Part shown: positions 49,873 through 60,022 of the stretch, in pieces
Layout of the letters: each line of letters starts with the position of its first letter
Numbering within the stretch: position 1 is the stretch's first letter
NCBI GenBank assembly: GCA_965197905.1
Contig: CBDAOB010000003.1
Span: 160,001-224,000, forward strand
Length of the DNA stretch: 64,000 nt
Direction of reading: 5' to 3'
Source of the DNA: Candidatus Latescibacterota bacterium
Lineage (GTDB): Bacteria; Latescibacterota; UBA2968; UBA8231
The notes under the pieces: model-generated
Told to the model about the DNA's origin: nothing
Databases searched by the model: none
The model's input: the letters and a program-made list of their open reading frames with translations, nothing else
Position numbers and translations under genes: made by a program

Positions 49873-50886
49873 ATGAGAAAGATCATCATCAACCTGAACC
49901 AGACAACTCGGGAAAGATCTTTTCTCGATGAAGATTTCGAGCGCCTGAAAAAACTCGGCGAGCTTCTATGGCATGAAACAGAAGATTACGATGATCCATC
50001 CTTACGCAATGATCTCAGATCGGCAGATGCCATGTTGATGGGTCGTGGCAGTTGGATATTGAAAGAAGATTTTTGGGAACCGCGTGAATCACCCATGCTC
50101 ATCGCCCATGCGGGGGGCGCAATGCATGGAGTTGCATCGAAATCCCTGCTGCAAAAGGGCGTCCGAGTCTCCTCCGCAACGGCCGCAATCGCCGTATCGG
50201 TGGCTGAACTTGCGGTGGGAATGATCATTCTAGCCTTGCGCCAGTCGGTTGCCAGATCCACAGCGTATGCAAACGGAGAGCCCTATCGGTCATTGAGAAG
50301 CCAGGGCTGGCGCGGTTGGGAATGTCACGATTTGACCACCCGCACAGTGGGCCTGATTGGTCTTTCTCAAGTGGGCAAACGCATGCCGCCCCTTCTAAAA
50401 CCGTTTGGTTGTGGGATGGTCGCTTACGACCCGTATTGGGAGGCGGCGGAGGCGAGAGCACTCGGCGTCGATTTGATCGAGAGCCTCGATGCACTGCTCG
50501 TCCAGAGCGATGTGGTTTCTCTGCATACTCCGGTCACGGAGGAAACCGAAGGTCTCATTGACGCCCGTCGGGTCGGGTTGCTCAGAAAGGGAGCAGTATT
50601 CGTGAACACCGCGCGTTCTGCCTGCACGGACCAGGATGCCCTCTTCGGTCGGGCGTTTAGAGACGAAATCCAGGTCTACACGGATGTTACGACTCCGGAA
50701 CCGCTACCGCCGAACCATGATGTCTGGCAGTGTCCGAATATCTTCATTACGCCGCATGTAGCGGGTCCGACCGAGGAGACGCGGAGAAGGGAAGGCCTGT
50801 TTGCTGTCGAAGAGATCGAGCGATATCTCACCGATCAACCGCTGCTCGGCGAGGTGACGTTGGACCGGTATGATATTGTTGCCTGA
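49873..50886 (+). CDS. D-isomer-specific 2-hydroxyacid dehydrogenase
   Basis: SVAE, GLIGL, YDP, LHTP, VNTAR, PEP, TPHVAG. Confidence 0.9.
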   Translation: MRKIIINLNQTTRERSFLDEDFERLKKLGELLWHETEDYDDPSLRNDLRSADAMLMGRGSWILKEDFWEPRESPMLIAHAGGAMHGVASKSLLQKGVRVSSATAAIAVSVAELAVGMIILALRQSVARSTAYANGEPYRSLRSQGWRGWECHDLTTRTVGLIGLSQVGKRMPPLLKPFGCGMVAYDPYWEAAEARALGVDLIESLDALLVQSDVVSLHTPVTEETEGLIDARRVGLLRKGAVFVNTARSACTDQDALFGRAFRDEIQVYTDVTTPEPLPPNHDVWQCPNIFITPHVAGPTEETRRREGLFAVEEIERYLTDQPLLGEVTLDRYDIVA

Positions 50887-51085
50887 GCTGATAGAAGACG
50901 TTCAGTCTGGGCCGCGGCTATCGACGCGCTGACTTTGCTCAAGAGTCGCACCGTTACCTCACCTTCACACGGGCGTGTGTTTGATGTCGCACGCCCCAAT
51001 CACTCGCGTATCGTCTCGAGGGGTCTGGTTGGCATGAACCTTGCAAACAGTAGCCCTTGCCACCCACTGTGGTTACTATTTACTC

Positions 51086-51313
51086 ATGTCTGAAGAGCTC
51101 ACCACCCGCGACGTCTTTCAACAGGTCGATGCCCGCCTCACGCGGGTGGAGGATGACCTGCGCCAGTTCCGCTTGGAAACCAGATCCGGTTTCGACCAAA
51201 TGTACTCCCATTCCAACCGAATGAACTCCCGTTTCGACCAACTGCAGTGGCGGGTAACGGGTCTTTTCGTCCTCACCTGGGTTACAGTCATCGGATCCGT
51301 CTGGTTGAAATGA
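51086..51313 (+). CDS. Small coiled-coil protein with C-terminal TM helix, copy 1
   Basis: Heptad repeats followed by VTGLFVLTWVTVIGSVW. Confidence 0.75.
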   Translation: MSEELTTRDVFQQVDARLTRVEDDLRQFRLETRSGFDQMYSHSNRMNSRFDQLQWRVTGLFVLTWVTVIGSVWLK

Positions 51314-51316
51314 GCT

Positions 51317-51586
51317 ATGCCTGAAGAGCTCACCACCCGCGACGTCTTTCAACAGGTCGATGCCCGTCTCACAAGGGTAGAGGACGACCTGCGGCAACTC
51401 CGGTTGGAAACCAGATCCGGCTTCGACCACACCGCACGAATCGACCAAACGAACTCCCGTTTCGACCAGATCGATGCACGAATCGACCTAATGAACTCCC
51501 GCTTCGACCAGCTCCAGTGGCGGGTAACGGGTCTTTTCGTCCTCACCTGGGTGACGGTCATCGGATCGATTTGGCTGAAACCCTGA
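51317..51586 (+). CDS. Small coiled-coil protein with C-terminal TM helix, copy 2
   Basis: Tandem paralog with extra heptad units. Confidence 0.75.
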   Translation: MPEELTTRDVFQQVDARLTRVEDDLRQLRLETRSGFDHTARIDQTNSRFDQIDARIDLMNSRFDQLQWRVTGLFVLTWVTVIGSIWLKP

Positions 51587-51627
51587 CCTGAAACAAGGTT
51601 TCGACGTCGTCTATCCCTCGGGCGTTT

Positions 51628-52343
51628 CTAAATGCCGCTTTCCTCAATGAGCCGACCAACGATTCTCACCGCACCCTCCATGCACTCCTGCCGTATTCGC
51701 TGGTCGCGTCGCGTGGATCCTCGCCGGCCAGCCCCTGGGGCCACACATTGCGATCGGAAGGCAACTGGCTCAGGTCGGTCAGATCCTCGCGGTAATGCAG
51801 CACCAGTGAGGTCTCGTTGCGGGAAGCGTGATCTACCTGGCTTTTCCATTCCGAAACCACCTCTTCAGTAACTCCAGCCAGCTTTAATCCAAAGCGCGTT
51901 TCCCGTTCGGGGATCGCCTCGCACCAGGCCTCGCGGCTGGGTCCGTGGCCGTCGGCGAAGACCATCTTGAAGCCAGCGCGCTTGAGCTGCTCCAGGATCG
52001 CATCAATCACTGTTCCGAAGAATCCGTCAGAGACCCAGTAGCAACTCCCTTCCAATTTCCGATGCGGATCGGTGCTGTCGTGGTAGTCCATGCCGTAGAG
52101 CACCTCGCCCCCGCCGCGATCCCATGCCCGATCCGGTCCCAGGTGAATGGGTGGCATGACGATGCCCCCGAAACGCCGGGCGCACTCGAGCATCAGTCCT
52201 TCGCTCTGGATGGCATCGGAACCGAGAGGCAGGTGCTCCCCGTGCCATTCGAGGGTGCCCAGCGGCAGGTAGGCTACGGGTTTTGCCGCCAGCCGTTGGC
52301 GAAACTCACGAGGCAGCAGGTCCGAGTATTTTACGTTCTCCAT
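51628..52343 (-). CDS. Creatininase-family protein (frameshift near 3' end, about 51686)
   Basis: LGTLEWHGEHLPLGSD, GHG, DHA..ETS; likely tail ECMEGAVRIVGRLIEESGI is in another frame. Confidence 0.8.
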
Positions 52344-52367
52344 CTTGGCGACGTCTTTCCGCGGTCG

Positions 52368-53303
52368 CTAGGCAGCCGCCGCCACCGCCTGCTCCGCCAG
52401 CACCAGCGCCTTTTGGTAATTGATCCGCAGGCCGTCCGCAGGCGTCCCGCCCGGCGGCTCGTAGTGAGAGGCTGCCGCGATGACGACGTCGGTTTGGTCG
52501 CGGGCGAACGAGCGGAAGAGCGCGGCGTAGTCGGGATCGCCGGTGCCGAGCTCGCACCACTCGAACTTGCACGACGGACCATCTATGGTGCGGGTGTCCT
52601 TCAGGTGCAGGCTGGTCAGATAAGGCTTCAGGTTTTCGAATCCGGTCGTCACGGTATCGAGCTCGCCTGAGAGCATCGCATCTCCCGGACACCACTTGGC
52701 TTTGAAACGGGTCGAGTCAATCTGCTCGACAATCTCGAGGTAATGACGGCTCGTGTTCACATACTCCCACGGGTGGACACTGAGCAAGACGTCGAGGTCG
52801 TGCTCGTTGGCGAGATCTGCGACCCAGCGAAAAGCCTGGACGATCTTCTCCAGCTCTGCCGGCGGAATGATGCCGCCCTCCGCTGCGTAGCGTTTCGACC
52901 AGGTGGGACTGGGACGTTTCCCCGTACGAAACTCGCCCGGCCAGGCAAATCCGGAGCACTGCACCTGGGGCGCTCCGACGATCTTCGCAAACGCCATGCT
53001 GCGGCGAATGTTGTCCAGGTCACGTTTGAATTCGGGGAAAGTGCGAAGATCGGCGAGTTCGACCTCGTCTATGTGAAGTTTCTTGAACGGGTTGGGGGGA
53101 GAGCACCCGACTGCGTGGGTCTGCAGTCCGGCATCGTCCAGAATGCGCTTGCGGTAATCTGCGTGTTCATCGGTGAGCTTCTCCTCAGGCACCGAATATT
53201 CCACATAAGGCGCACCGAGTTCGTGGGCAATACCTACCGCCTCCTCGAAGGGCAGGGCTGTGTCGGCGAGGAGGACGCCCATCTTGAATTCGTAGTCGCT
53301 CAT
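52368..53303 (-). CDS. Sugar phosphate isomerase/epimerase (TIM barrel)
   Basis: HLKD, LGTGDPDY; paralog of 8431-9351. Confidence 0.8.
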   Translation of the reverse strand: MSDYEFKMGVLLADTALPFEEAVGIAHELGAPYVEYSVPEEKLTDEHADYRKRILDDAGLQTHAVGCSPPNPFKKLHIDEVELADLRTFPEFKRDLDNIRRSMAFAKIVGAPQVQCSGFAWPGEFRTGKRPSPTWSKRYAAEGGIIPPAELEKIVQAFRWVADLANEHDLDVLLSVHPWEYVNTSRHYLEIVEQIDSTRFKAKWCPGDAMLSGELDTVTTGFENLKPYLTSLHLKDTRTIDGPSCKFEWCELGTGDPDYAALFRSFARDQTDVVIAAASHYEPPGGTPADGLRINYQKALVLAEQAVAAAA

Positions 53304-53348
53304 CGGCTGCTCGAAGGAGTTTCTCTCTCTTCTTAAGAAGCGGCTGGC

Positions 53349-54387
53349 TTACGGCGGAGAAACGTCCAGCTCGCGCCCGACCTCGAGAATAGCATTCCAG
53401 GTAGCGTCTTCGACATAGATTCCTTCAACCTCTCGCTGTTTACGGGTTTCGTTTTCGATTTCGCCAGGATAGTAGATCTTGTCGAAGCCGGGCATTTTGG
53501 GTGAAGACTTCACCCAGTCGATGAGGATGCCGACTTCCTTCTTGTATTTCTCGAGGTCGATGAAGGATTCGATCTTGATGGCCATGGCCATGTAACCACT
53601 GCCACCGCGGGTGGGCTGCGCGGCACTGCATCCTGCCCAGGAAAGGCCGCCGGCAATGGCATCGATCATCATCGCCAGACCGAAGCCCTTGTGGCCAAAC
53701 AGGGGGCTGCCGAGGGGAAGTACCGCGGCTTTCTCGTCCACCCACAGCCGGGGATCGGTGGTCGGGTTGCCCTGTTCGTCTACCATCCAGCCATCGGGGA
53801 CTTGCTGATCTCGAGCGTTCAAGACCAGGATCTTGCCGCCTGCGACCATGCTCGTAGTCATGTCGAGGGTCATTGGAGGGCCATCGGGTGTGGGTGCGCT
53901 GAAGGCTATGGGATTGGGAGGAAGTCGGCGCCCGGTGCCTCCAAAGGGGGCGACCCAACGGCTGCCGCCGTTGAGCATGAGAAATCCAAGACATCCCTGC
54001 TCTGCGGCCAGCGGGGGAAAGTCTCCGAGCCGGCCAATGTGGCTGGTGTGGTGGACGGCCACGGCGCCAAACGTATGTTGCTGGGCGCGGTCAACGGCCC
54101 ACTGCATGGCCTGATTGCAGAGCACGATACCGAAGCTGTTGTTGGCATCGATGGTCAGAGAAGCAGGTTTCACGAACTACCTTGTGATTGCCCGCGGGTT
54201 TTATACTTCCCGAGCGTACTTCGCGTGCGTAGGCCGGTATTCGGAGGATGCCGTGAGAATCGTGTCCTGTAAGGTTGGCATCCACGAGGTGGTCCATCGC
54301 GATTCGGGCTTGGTCTTCCGGAAGTCCGGCGGCTTGAAAAAGGGCATACCCGAAGGGGCGGAGAGTCGCGTGTTGAAGGATGGGCAT
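53349..54387 (-). pseudogene. Ldh_2 (malate/L-lactate dehydrogenase type 2) oxidoreductase, frameshift near 54168
   Basis: GHDSHG in the 5' frame; HIGRLG, PNPIAF, DMTTS, HKGFGL, YPGE in the 3' frame. May be a sequencing error. Confidence 0.8.
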
Positions 54388-54523
54388 AGTCGATCTTCCT
54401 TACTCCCTCTGATGGTCACGAAACACAGCTACTACATCTTCGCCGTCAAGACGCCCGCCCACCTGCCCTTGACACCGATGCATCCAGGCCAAAAGATCTA
54501 CGCGTCTCAAAAGGAAGCCCTAT

Positions 54524-55897
54524 ATGCGAACCACACCGATTCCCCAACCGTTTCTCAACTGGATGGGCGTCTGGCCCGGCCAGGCGGGCAGTGACGCCGG
54601 CCGCGCCTTTCTCCAGGATCCTCCCCGGGGTATTCGCCTGCGCTTGCAACAGGCGCGCACGTCGGAGGTCATCCTGCGGCCGCCAAGACCGTGGGACCGG
54701 AGCATCCTGAGCCACCTGACGATCCTGCTCGAAGACGGTCGCTACCGAATGTGGTATTTCGAGAAGAGACCACCGGAAAACCCCACCCGCTACGCCGAAA
54801 GCAACGACGGCTACAACTGGGAATTCCCCGAGCTTGGCTTCTACGAGCTCGACGGATCGACGGCGAACAACGCGCTCTTCGGAAGCGACTATTTCATGAT
54901 TCATTCCCTCTTCCGCGATCCCACCGCGGAACCGGCTGAGCGTTACAAAGCGATCGAGCGCCAGAAGGGGGAGGAGATCCTCTTCGGCGCCGTCTCTCCC
55001 GACGGGTTGCGCTGGACACGGAGAGAGGAACCATTGCTGGTGGTCGGCAAACCGCTCGATACCCAGAACATCGCTGCCTATGACGAAGACACCGGTGAGT
55101 ATCTGGCTTTTCTGCGTGGCGGCTATGAAAGGCGGCGTTCGGTGACCCGAACGGGAGGCCCGGCGTTTGGCAATTGGCACGCGCCACGGTACGTGATGAC
55201 CATCGATGGGCAGGACGCGGTGGACGAGGATCTCTACACCAATTGCTATTGCCGATCTCCCGGAAGCCGGCGTCACTTGATGTTTCCCACCATCTATCAC
55301 CGGCTTTCGTCGACGTTGGATGTGCAGCTGGCCACCAGCATCGACGGCTGGCTCTGGGAGCGGCCGGTGCGCCAACCGATCATCACGCGAGAGGCCGGCG
55401 ATGAGGAATACGGCGCCATCTACGCCTGCCCGAATTTGGTGCCGGTGGGAAACGACTGGGGGGTGATGTGTCATGCGGTGTATCAGCGACATGACGGGGG
55501 TGGTCGTCATCTCTCCGCCGAGGAGCGGCCGAAATCGGAGTACCGCTGGGCGTTGTGGGAGCCGGATCGCCTGATGGCGGTGGAGGCGCCGGATGAAGGT
55601 GGGTTCACGACAACGGAGCGGGAATGTGCCGGTGTCGACCTGCGCCTCAACTACCGGACCCGGATCGGGGGTTGGATGCGCGCTGCCCTGGTGGAGAAAC
55701 CGCGAACGGGAGGGGGTCGTTTGCCGCCGGCGGAGCTGGAGGGTTTTGGCACGGCGGACTGCGATGTTCTGGAGGGGGACGAGCTTTCGAGGGTGGTGAG
55801 CTGGAAGGGAAGAAGCGATCTGTCGAAGTTTGCGGGTCGTGAGCTTTGTGTGCGGTTTACGATGGCGCGGGCAGAGCTGTTTTCGGTGGCGGTCTGA
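54524..55897 (+). CDS. Beta-propeller glycoside-hydrolase-like protein
   Basis: AESNDGYNW, SPDGLRW, DTQN, SIDGWLW. Confidence 0.65.
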   Translation: MRTTPIPQPFLNWMGVWPGQAGSDAGRAFLQDPPRGIRLRLQQARTSEVILRPPRPWDRSILSHLTILLEDGRYRMWYFEKRPPENPTRYAESNDGYNWEFPELGFYELDGSTANNALFGSDYFMIHSLFRDPTAEPAERYKAIERQKGEEILFGAVSPDGLRWTRREEPLLVVGKPLDTQNIAAYDEDTGEYLAFLRGGYERRRSVTRTGGPAFGNWHAPRYVMTIDGQDAVDEDLYTNCYCRSPGSRRHLMFPTIYHRLSSTLDVQLATSIDGWLWERPVRQPIITREAGDEEYGAIYACPNLVPVGNDWGVMCHAVYQRHDGGGRHLSAEERPKSEYRWALWEPDRLMAVEAPDEGGFTTTERECAGVDLRLNYRTRIGGWMRAALVEKPRTGGGRLPPAELEGFGTADCDVLEGDELSRVVSWKGRSDLSKFAGRELCVRFTMARAELFSVAV

Positions 55898-55909
55898 AAC
55901 GAAGCTACA

Positions 55910-56779
55910 ATGGAGATCCAAATGCAAATCAGCTACGGTACGGTGGGGTTCAGGAACCGCACTCTCGAAGCGGCACTTACGGCCGCGGCTGCGGCCGGGT
56001 ACACTCACGTGGAGATCTCCAGCGATGAGCACCTCGGTACGACGATTCCGACAGGTCCGGAGTTGGAGCGGTCGCGCAAGCACCTGCGCCAATGTGGGCT
56101 GTCGGTCGGTACGGTGCACGGTCCCATGCGGGAAAACGTGCTGGGTGCTCCGGACGAGGAGTGGCGCACCGAAAAGGTCGGCGTGTTGGGCAACTATCTG
56201 CGTCTTTCCGGCGAACTTGGCGCCGCCGGCATGGTCATTCACCCGGTGCCCAATCCGAGCTTCGTCGAGAACGAGGGACGTCCCGAACTCACGCAGATAA
56301 TGACCGATGCAACCCGCCGCTCACTCGATGAACTGGTGCCGGTCGCAAACACGACAGGGGTGCGGATGTTGCTGGAAAATCTCCCTTATCACTGCCACTA
56401 CCCGTTTTTGACGATGACCGAACTGCGAGCTCTCGTGGAGCCGTATCCCGAAGCGGCAGTAGGGCTCGTAATCGATACCGGGCATGCCTGGACGAAAGGC
56501 AATGATCCAGTGGCAGAGATCCTCACCGCCGGCGAGCGACTGTGGGGAACACACCTGCAGGATGTCGATGGCGAGGATCCGCAGGACAATCACTGGGCCC
56601 CGACCCAGGGCGATCTTGACTGGAAGGCGATCCGACAGGCACTCCTGGATGTCAGCTACCGCGGCTTCTGGACCTTCGAGGTGATCACTCCGTGCCGCGG
56701 CGAGTCGGACGAGGAACTTGCACAGCTCACCTACGACGTCGCCAGTAAGCTCGCCCTGTATGCACCCCCGGACCCTTGA
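55910..56779 (+). CDS. Sugar phosphate isomerase/epimerase (AP endonuclease 2 family)
   Basis: LLEN, DTGH, HLQD, DNH.P..G.LDW, TFE. Confidence 0.88.
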   Translation: MEIQMQISYGTVGFRNRTLEAALTAAAAAGYTHVEISSDEHLGTTIPTGPELERSRKHLRQCGLSVGTVHGPMRENVLGAPDEEWRTEKVGVLGNYLRLSGELGAAGMVIHPVPNPSFVENEGRPELTQIMTDATRRSLDELVPVANTTGVRMLLENLPYHCHYPFLTMTELRALVEPYPEAAVGLVIDTGHAWTKGNDPVAEILTAGERLWGTHLQDVDGEDPQDNHWAPTQGDLDWKAIRQALLDVSYRGFWTFEVITPCRGESDEELAQLTYDVASKLALYAPPDP

Positions 56780-56852
56780 TTCGGCATGTGAACCCTGGCC
56801 GCGACCGCGGCGCACGCCCGCCAGCCGGCCCGCATCATGAGGAACGCAAAAA

Positions 56853-57818
56853 GTGACTCCCACAGCTGAGGAACAGCTTGAGATGCTGCGCTCGATGCAG
56901 ACGATCCGTCGCTTCGAGGAGCGCGCGTCCGATGACTATCGGTCAGGCGCCATTTTTGGCGTTGTCCATTGCTACATCGGCGAAGAAGCCGTCGCCGTGG
57001 GTGTGTGCACTGCCCTGAACGAGGACGATCAGATTATCAGCACCCACCGCGGTCATGGTCACTGCATTGCCAAGGGCGCTGATTTGAAGAGGATGATGGC
57101 CGAGCTCTACGGCAAACGAACCGGTTATTGCAAAGGCAAAGGGGGCTCCATGCACATCGCCGATTTCAGCATCGGCATGCTGGGGGCGAACGGCATCGTC
57201 GCCGGTGGCATTCCCATCGTAACCGGTGCTGCTCTGGCGGCCCAACTCGAAGGCAAGGGGCGTGTTGCGGTATCCTTCTTTGGGGACGGGGCTTCGAACG
57301 CAGGACCCTTCCACGAGTCGATCAACATCGCCGCGAGGTGGAAGCTTCCGATGCTTTACGTCTGCGAGAACAACCTCTGGGCCTCCAATACCCCCGCCGC
57401 AGCCACCCTCGCCCTTGGCGACGTGGCGGCGCGAGCGGCCGGCTACGGCATCCCGGGGGAGGTCGTGGACGGGAACGATGTACTGGCCATCTATGAAGTC
57501 GCCACGGCCGCGGTAAACCGGGCGCGAGCCGGTGAAGGCCCCACCCTCATCGAATGCAAGACCTACCGTTTGCGCATGCATACCGAAAGACCAGGACAAG
57601 CGGATCGACGTCCGCAAGAAGAGATCGAAACGTGGCTGCAGAAGGAACCGATCAAACGCCTTGCCGACGATCTAATGGCGCAAGGGATTCTGAACGAGGA
57701 AGGGTGGCAAGAGATCGATGGCGAAATCCTTGCCGCGATCGCAGGCGCGGTCGAATTTGCCGAGGACAGCCCGTTTCCCGACCCGGAAACGGCTTTAGAA
57801 GACGTATTTGCAGATTGA
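56853..57818 (+). CDS. TPP-dependent dehydrogenase E1 alpha subunit (PdhA/AcoA-like)
   Basis: THRGHGH, GGSMH, FFGDG...CENN. Confidence 0.92.
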   Translation: MTPTAEEQLEMLRSMQTIRRFEERASDDYRSGAIFGVVHCYIGEEAVAVGVCTALNEDDQIISTHRGHGHCIAKGADLKRMMAELYGKRTGYCKGKGGSMHIADFSIGMLGANGIVAGGIPIVTGAALAAQLEGKGRVAVSFFGDGASNAGPFHESINIAARWKLPMLYVCENNLWASNTPAAATLALGDVAARAAGYGIPGEVVDGNDVLAIYEVATAAVNRARAGEGPTLIECKTYRLRMHTERPGQADRRPQEEIETWLQKEPIKRLADDLMAQGILNEEGWQEIDGEILAAIAGAVEFAEDSPFPDPETALEDVFAD

Positions 57819-58792
57819 TGGGCAATCCCGGCATGCGAAGAATCTCATACGCGCAAGCAGGAATGGAAGCGCTCGTCGAGGAAATGAGACGCGATCCCAC
57901 GACGTTTCACCTCGCTACAGATGCTCCGACGGCTCTTGTCGATGAGTTCGGCCCCGAGCGGGTGCGTGCCACGCCCATCGCCGAAGGCGCTTTCACCGGC
58001 CTCGCCATTGGCGCCGCGGGGTCGGGCTATAGACCGATCGTCAACTGGAGCATGGTAACGTTTTCCTTCGTTGCCATGGACCAGATCGTGAACCAGGCGT
58101 CAAAAATCCATTACATGTTTGGCGGCCAGGCGAAGTTTCCCATCGCATTTCGCACTTCCGTCGGCGGCGGTACGCAGCTTGCCGCGCAACACTCCCAGAG
58201 TCCTTACTCGATGTTCATGAACCTGGCGGGACTGAAGATGGTGTTGCCTTCAACGCCCTACGACATGAAGGGGCTGCTCAAGTCGGTGATCCGCGACGAC
58301 AACCCTGTCATCTCGTTCGAGTCCTCTCGGCTCATGAGCCTAGAAGGCGAGGTGCCCGAAGAAGACTACACCGTACCATTGGGCAAGGCCGACATAAAAC
58401 GCGAGGGCAGCGATGTCACGGTGGTTGCCCTCGCCTGGCTCGTGCACGAGGCGCTCGCCGCCGCCGAGATCCTCGAGCGCGAGGGCGTTTCCGTCGAAGT
58501 GATCGATCCGCGCACACTCGTCCCCCTCGATCACGCTGCCATTCGTGCCTCCGTACGAAAAACCGGCCGGCTCGTCATTGCCGACGAAGCCTGTCCGACC
58601 GCCGGCGCGTCGGCCGAGATTAGCGCTGTGGTCACCGAGCATCGCGAGACGTTCGCGAGCATGAAAGCGCCGGTGAAGCGCATCTGTGCCCTCCCTGTAC
58701 CGATCCCGTATAGTCCCCGTCTTGAAGACCACGTATTTCCGAACCGGGACAAAATTACCGCAGGCATAAGGGAAGCTCTGGCCGACGGTTAG
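57818..58792 (+). CDS. TPP-dependent dehydrogenase E1 beta subunit
   Basis: TPIAE, DQIVNQA, AAQHSQ, DPRTLVPLD. Confidence 0.9.
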   Translation: MGNPGMRRISYAQAGMEALVEEMRRDPTTFHLATDAPTALVDEFGPERVRATPIAEGAFTGLAIGAAGSGYRPIVNWSMVTFSFVAMDQIVNQASKIHYMFGGQAKFPIAFRTSVGGGTQLAAQHSQSPYSMFMNLAGLKMVLPSTPYDMKGLLKSVIRDDNPVISFESSRLMSLEGEVPEEDYTVPLGKADIKREGSDVTVVALAWLVHEALAAAEILEREGVSVEVIDPRTLVPLDHAAIRASVRKTGRLVIADEACPTAGASAEISAVVTEHRETFASMKAPVKRICALPVPIPYSPRLEDHVFPNRDKITAGIREALADG

Positions 58793-58855
58793 ACACCTGC
58801 GATGCCGACTGCCACTGAGCTCGGGACACGTCTCTATGGATAGCCGAACAGAGCA

Positions 58856-60022
58856 ATGAATTCAGGGCGCCACTTCCTGCAGATACCCGGTCCGACCAAT
58901 GTGCCGGAGCGCGTGCAGCGGGCGATGGTTCGTTCGGTCATCGATCACCGAGGTCCGGAATTCGCGCGATTGACGTTGAGAATCCTCGAGCGACTCGCTC
59001 AGGTGTTCGCGACGCAAGGACCGGTGATCGCCTACCCGTCATCAGGTACGGGGGCTTGGGAGGCGGCTCTGGTCAACACGCTGTCGCCGGGTGATTCGGT
59101 GTTGATGTTCGACACCGGTCACTTCGCTGTACAGTGGAGCAAGCTGGCGAGCCAACTCGGGCTCGCCGTGGAGCTCGCACCCGGAGACTGGGGTATCGGG
59201 GTCGATGCTGATCTGGTGGAGACGCGGCTGCGCGAGGATGCGGATCACGCGATCAAAGCGGTCGCGATGCTGCACAACGAGACATCCACCGGCGTGTTGA
59301 GCAACGTGGCGGCCGTCCGCCACGCGATGGATGCGGCGGACCACCCGGCGTTGCTGATGGTGGACGCGATCTCCTCATCGGCGGCGGTTGAGTACCGCCA
59401 CGACGAGTGGGGGGTGGACGTGACCGTGGCGGGATCGCAGAAAGGGCTGATGTTGCCTCCGGGGTTGGGGTTCAACGCCCTGAGCGCCAAAGCGCTCGCC
59501 GCGAACAAGAATGCTCGAATGCCGCGCTCCTACTGGGATTGGGCACCAATCCTTGAAGCCATTGAGCGAGGATTCTTTCCCTATACCCCAGCCACCACGT
59601 TGCTGTTTGGTCTCGACGAAGCGCTGACCATGCTGATGGAAGAGAGGTTGAGCGAGGTGTATCGGCGACACCGACGCCTCGCGGAAGCGACCCGCCGAGC
59701 CGTGGCCGGATGGGGACTCGAGCTGCTCGCCCGGCGGCGGGAGGAGTACTCGCCGACCCTGACTGCAGTACTGACACCCGAAGGACACGACGCGGATGAC
59801 TTGCGGCGGGTGATCCTCGAACGCTTCAACATGTCGCTGGGTACGGGGCTCGGGAAGCTGCAGGGCAAGGTCTTTCGCATCGGACACCTGGGGGCCTTCA
59901 ATGACCTGATGCTGGCCGGAACCCTGAGCGGTGTGGCGATGGGATTGCGGCTGGCGGGCATTCCACACGAGGAGCGGGGGCTGGAGGAAGCATTGGGCTA
60001 CCTCGCTGACAGTGATGGTTGA
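58856..60022 (+). CDS. Class V PLP aminotransferase, serine-glyoxylate aminotransferase-like
   Basis: GRHFLQIPGPTNVP, HNETSTG, GSQKG, FRIGHLG. Confidence 0.9.
   Translation: MNSGRHFLQIPGPTNVPERVQRAMVRSVIDHRGPEFARLTLRILERLAQVFATQGPVIAYPSSGTGAWEAALVNTLSPGDSVLMFDTGHFAVQWSKLASQLGLAVELAPGDWGIGVDADLVETRLREDADHAIKAVAMLHNETSTGVLSNVAAVRHAMDAADHPALLMVDAISSSAAVEYRHDEWGVDVTVAGSQKGLMLPPGLGFNALSAKALAANKNARMPRSYWDWAPILEAIERGFFPYTPATTLLFGLDEALTMLMEERLSEVYRRHRRLAEATRRAVAGWGLELLARRREEYSPTLTAVLTPEGHDADDLRRVILERFNMSLGTGLGKLQGKVFRIGHLGAFNDLMLAGTLSGVAMGLRLAGIPHEERGLEEALGYLADSDG

Larger units (their letters stand above)
51086..51586 (+). repeat. Tandem gene duplication with internal approximately 21-nt repeats
   Basis: CTGAAGAGCTCACCACCCGCGACGTCTTTCAACAGGTCGATGCCCG and CAGTGGCGGGTAACGGGTCTTTTCGTCCTCACCTGGGT each occur twice. 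Confidence 0.9.

Noticed and set aside
51086..51586. Diversity-generating retroelement TR/VR pair
   Set aside because: Differences are not adenine-specific, both copies are complete ORFs, and there is no reverse transcriptase in the window.
51628..54387. Programmed frameshifting in the creatininase and Ldh_2 genes
   Set aside because: No clear slippery heptamer; short G/C-run indels fit mutation or sequencing error better.
54446..56242. Long antisense ORF (598 aa) and similar ones (5023-5994, 60801-62069)
   Set aside because: Shadow frames of well-supported genes in GC-rich DNA, with no recognisable motifs.
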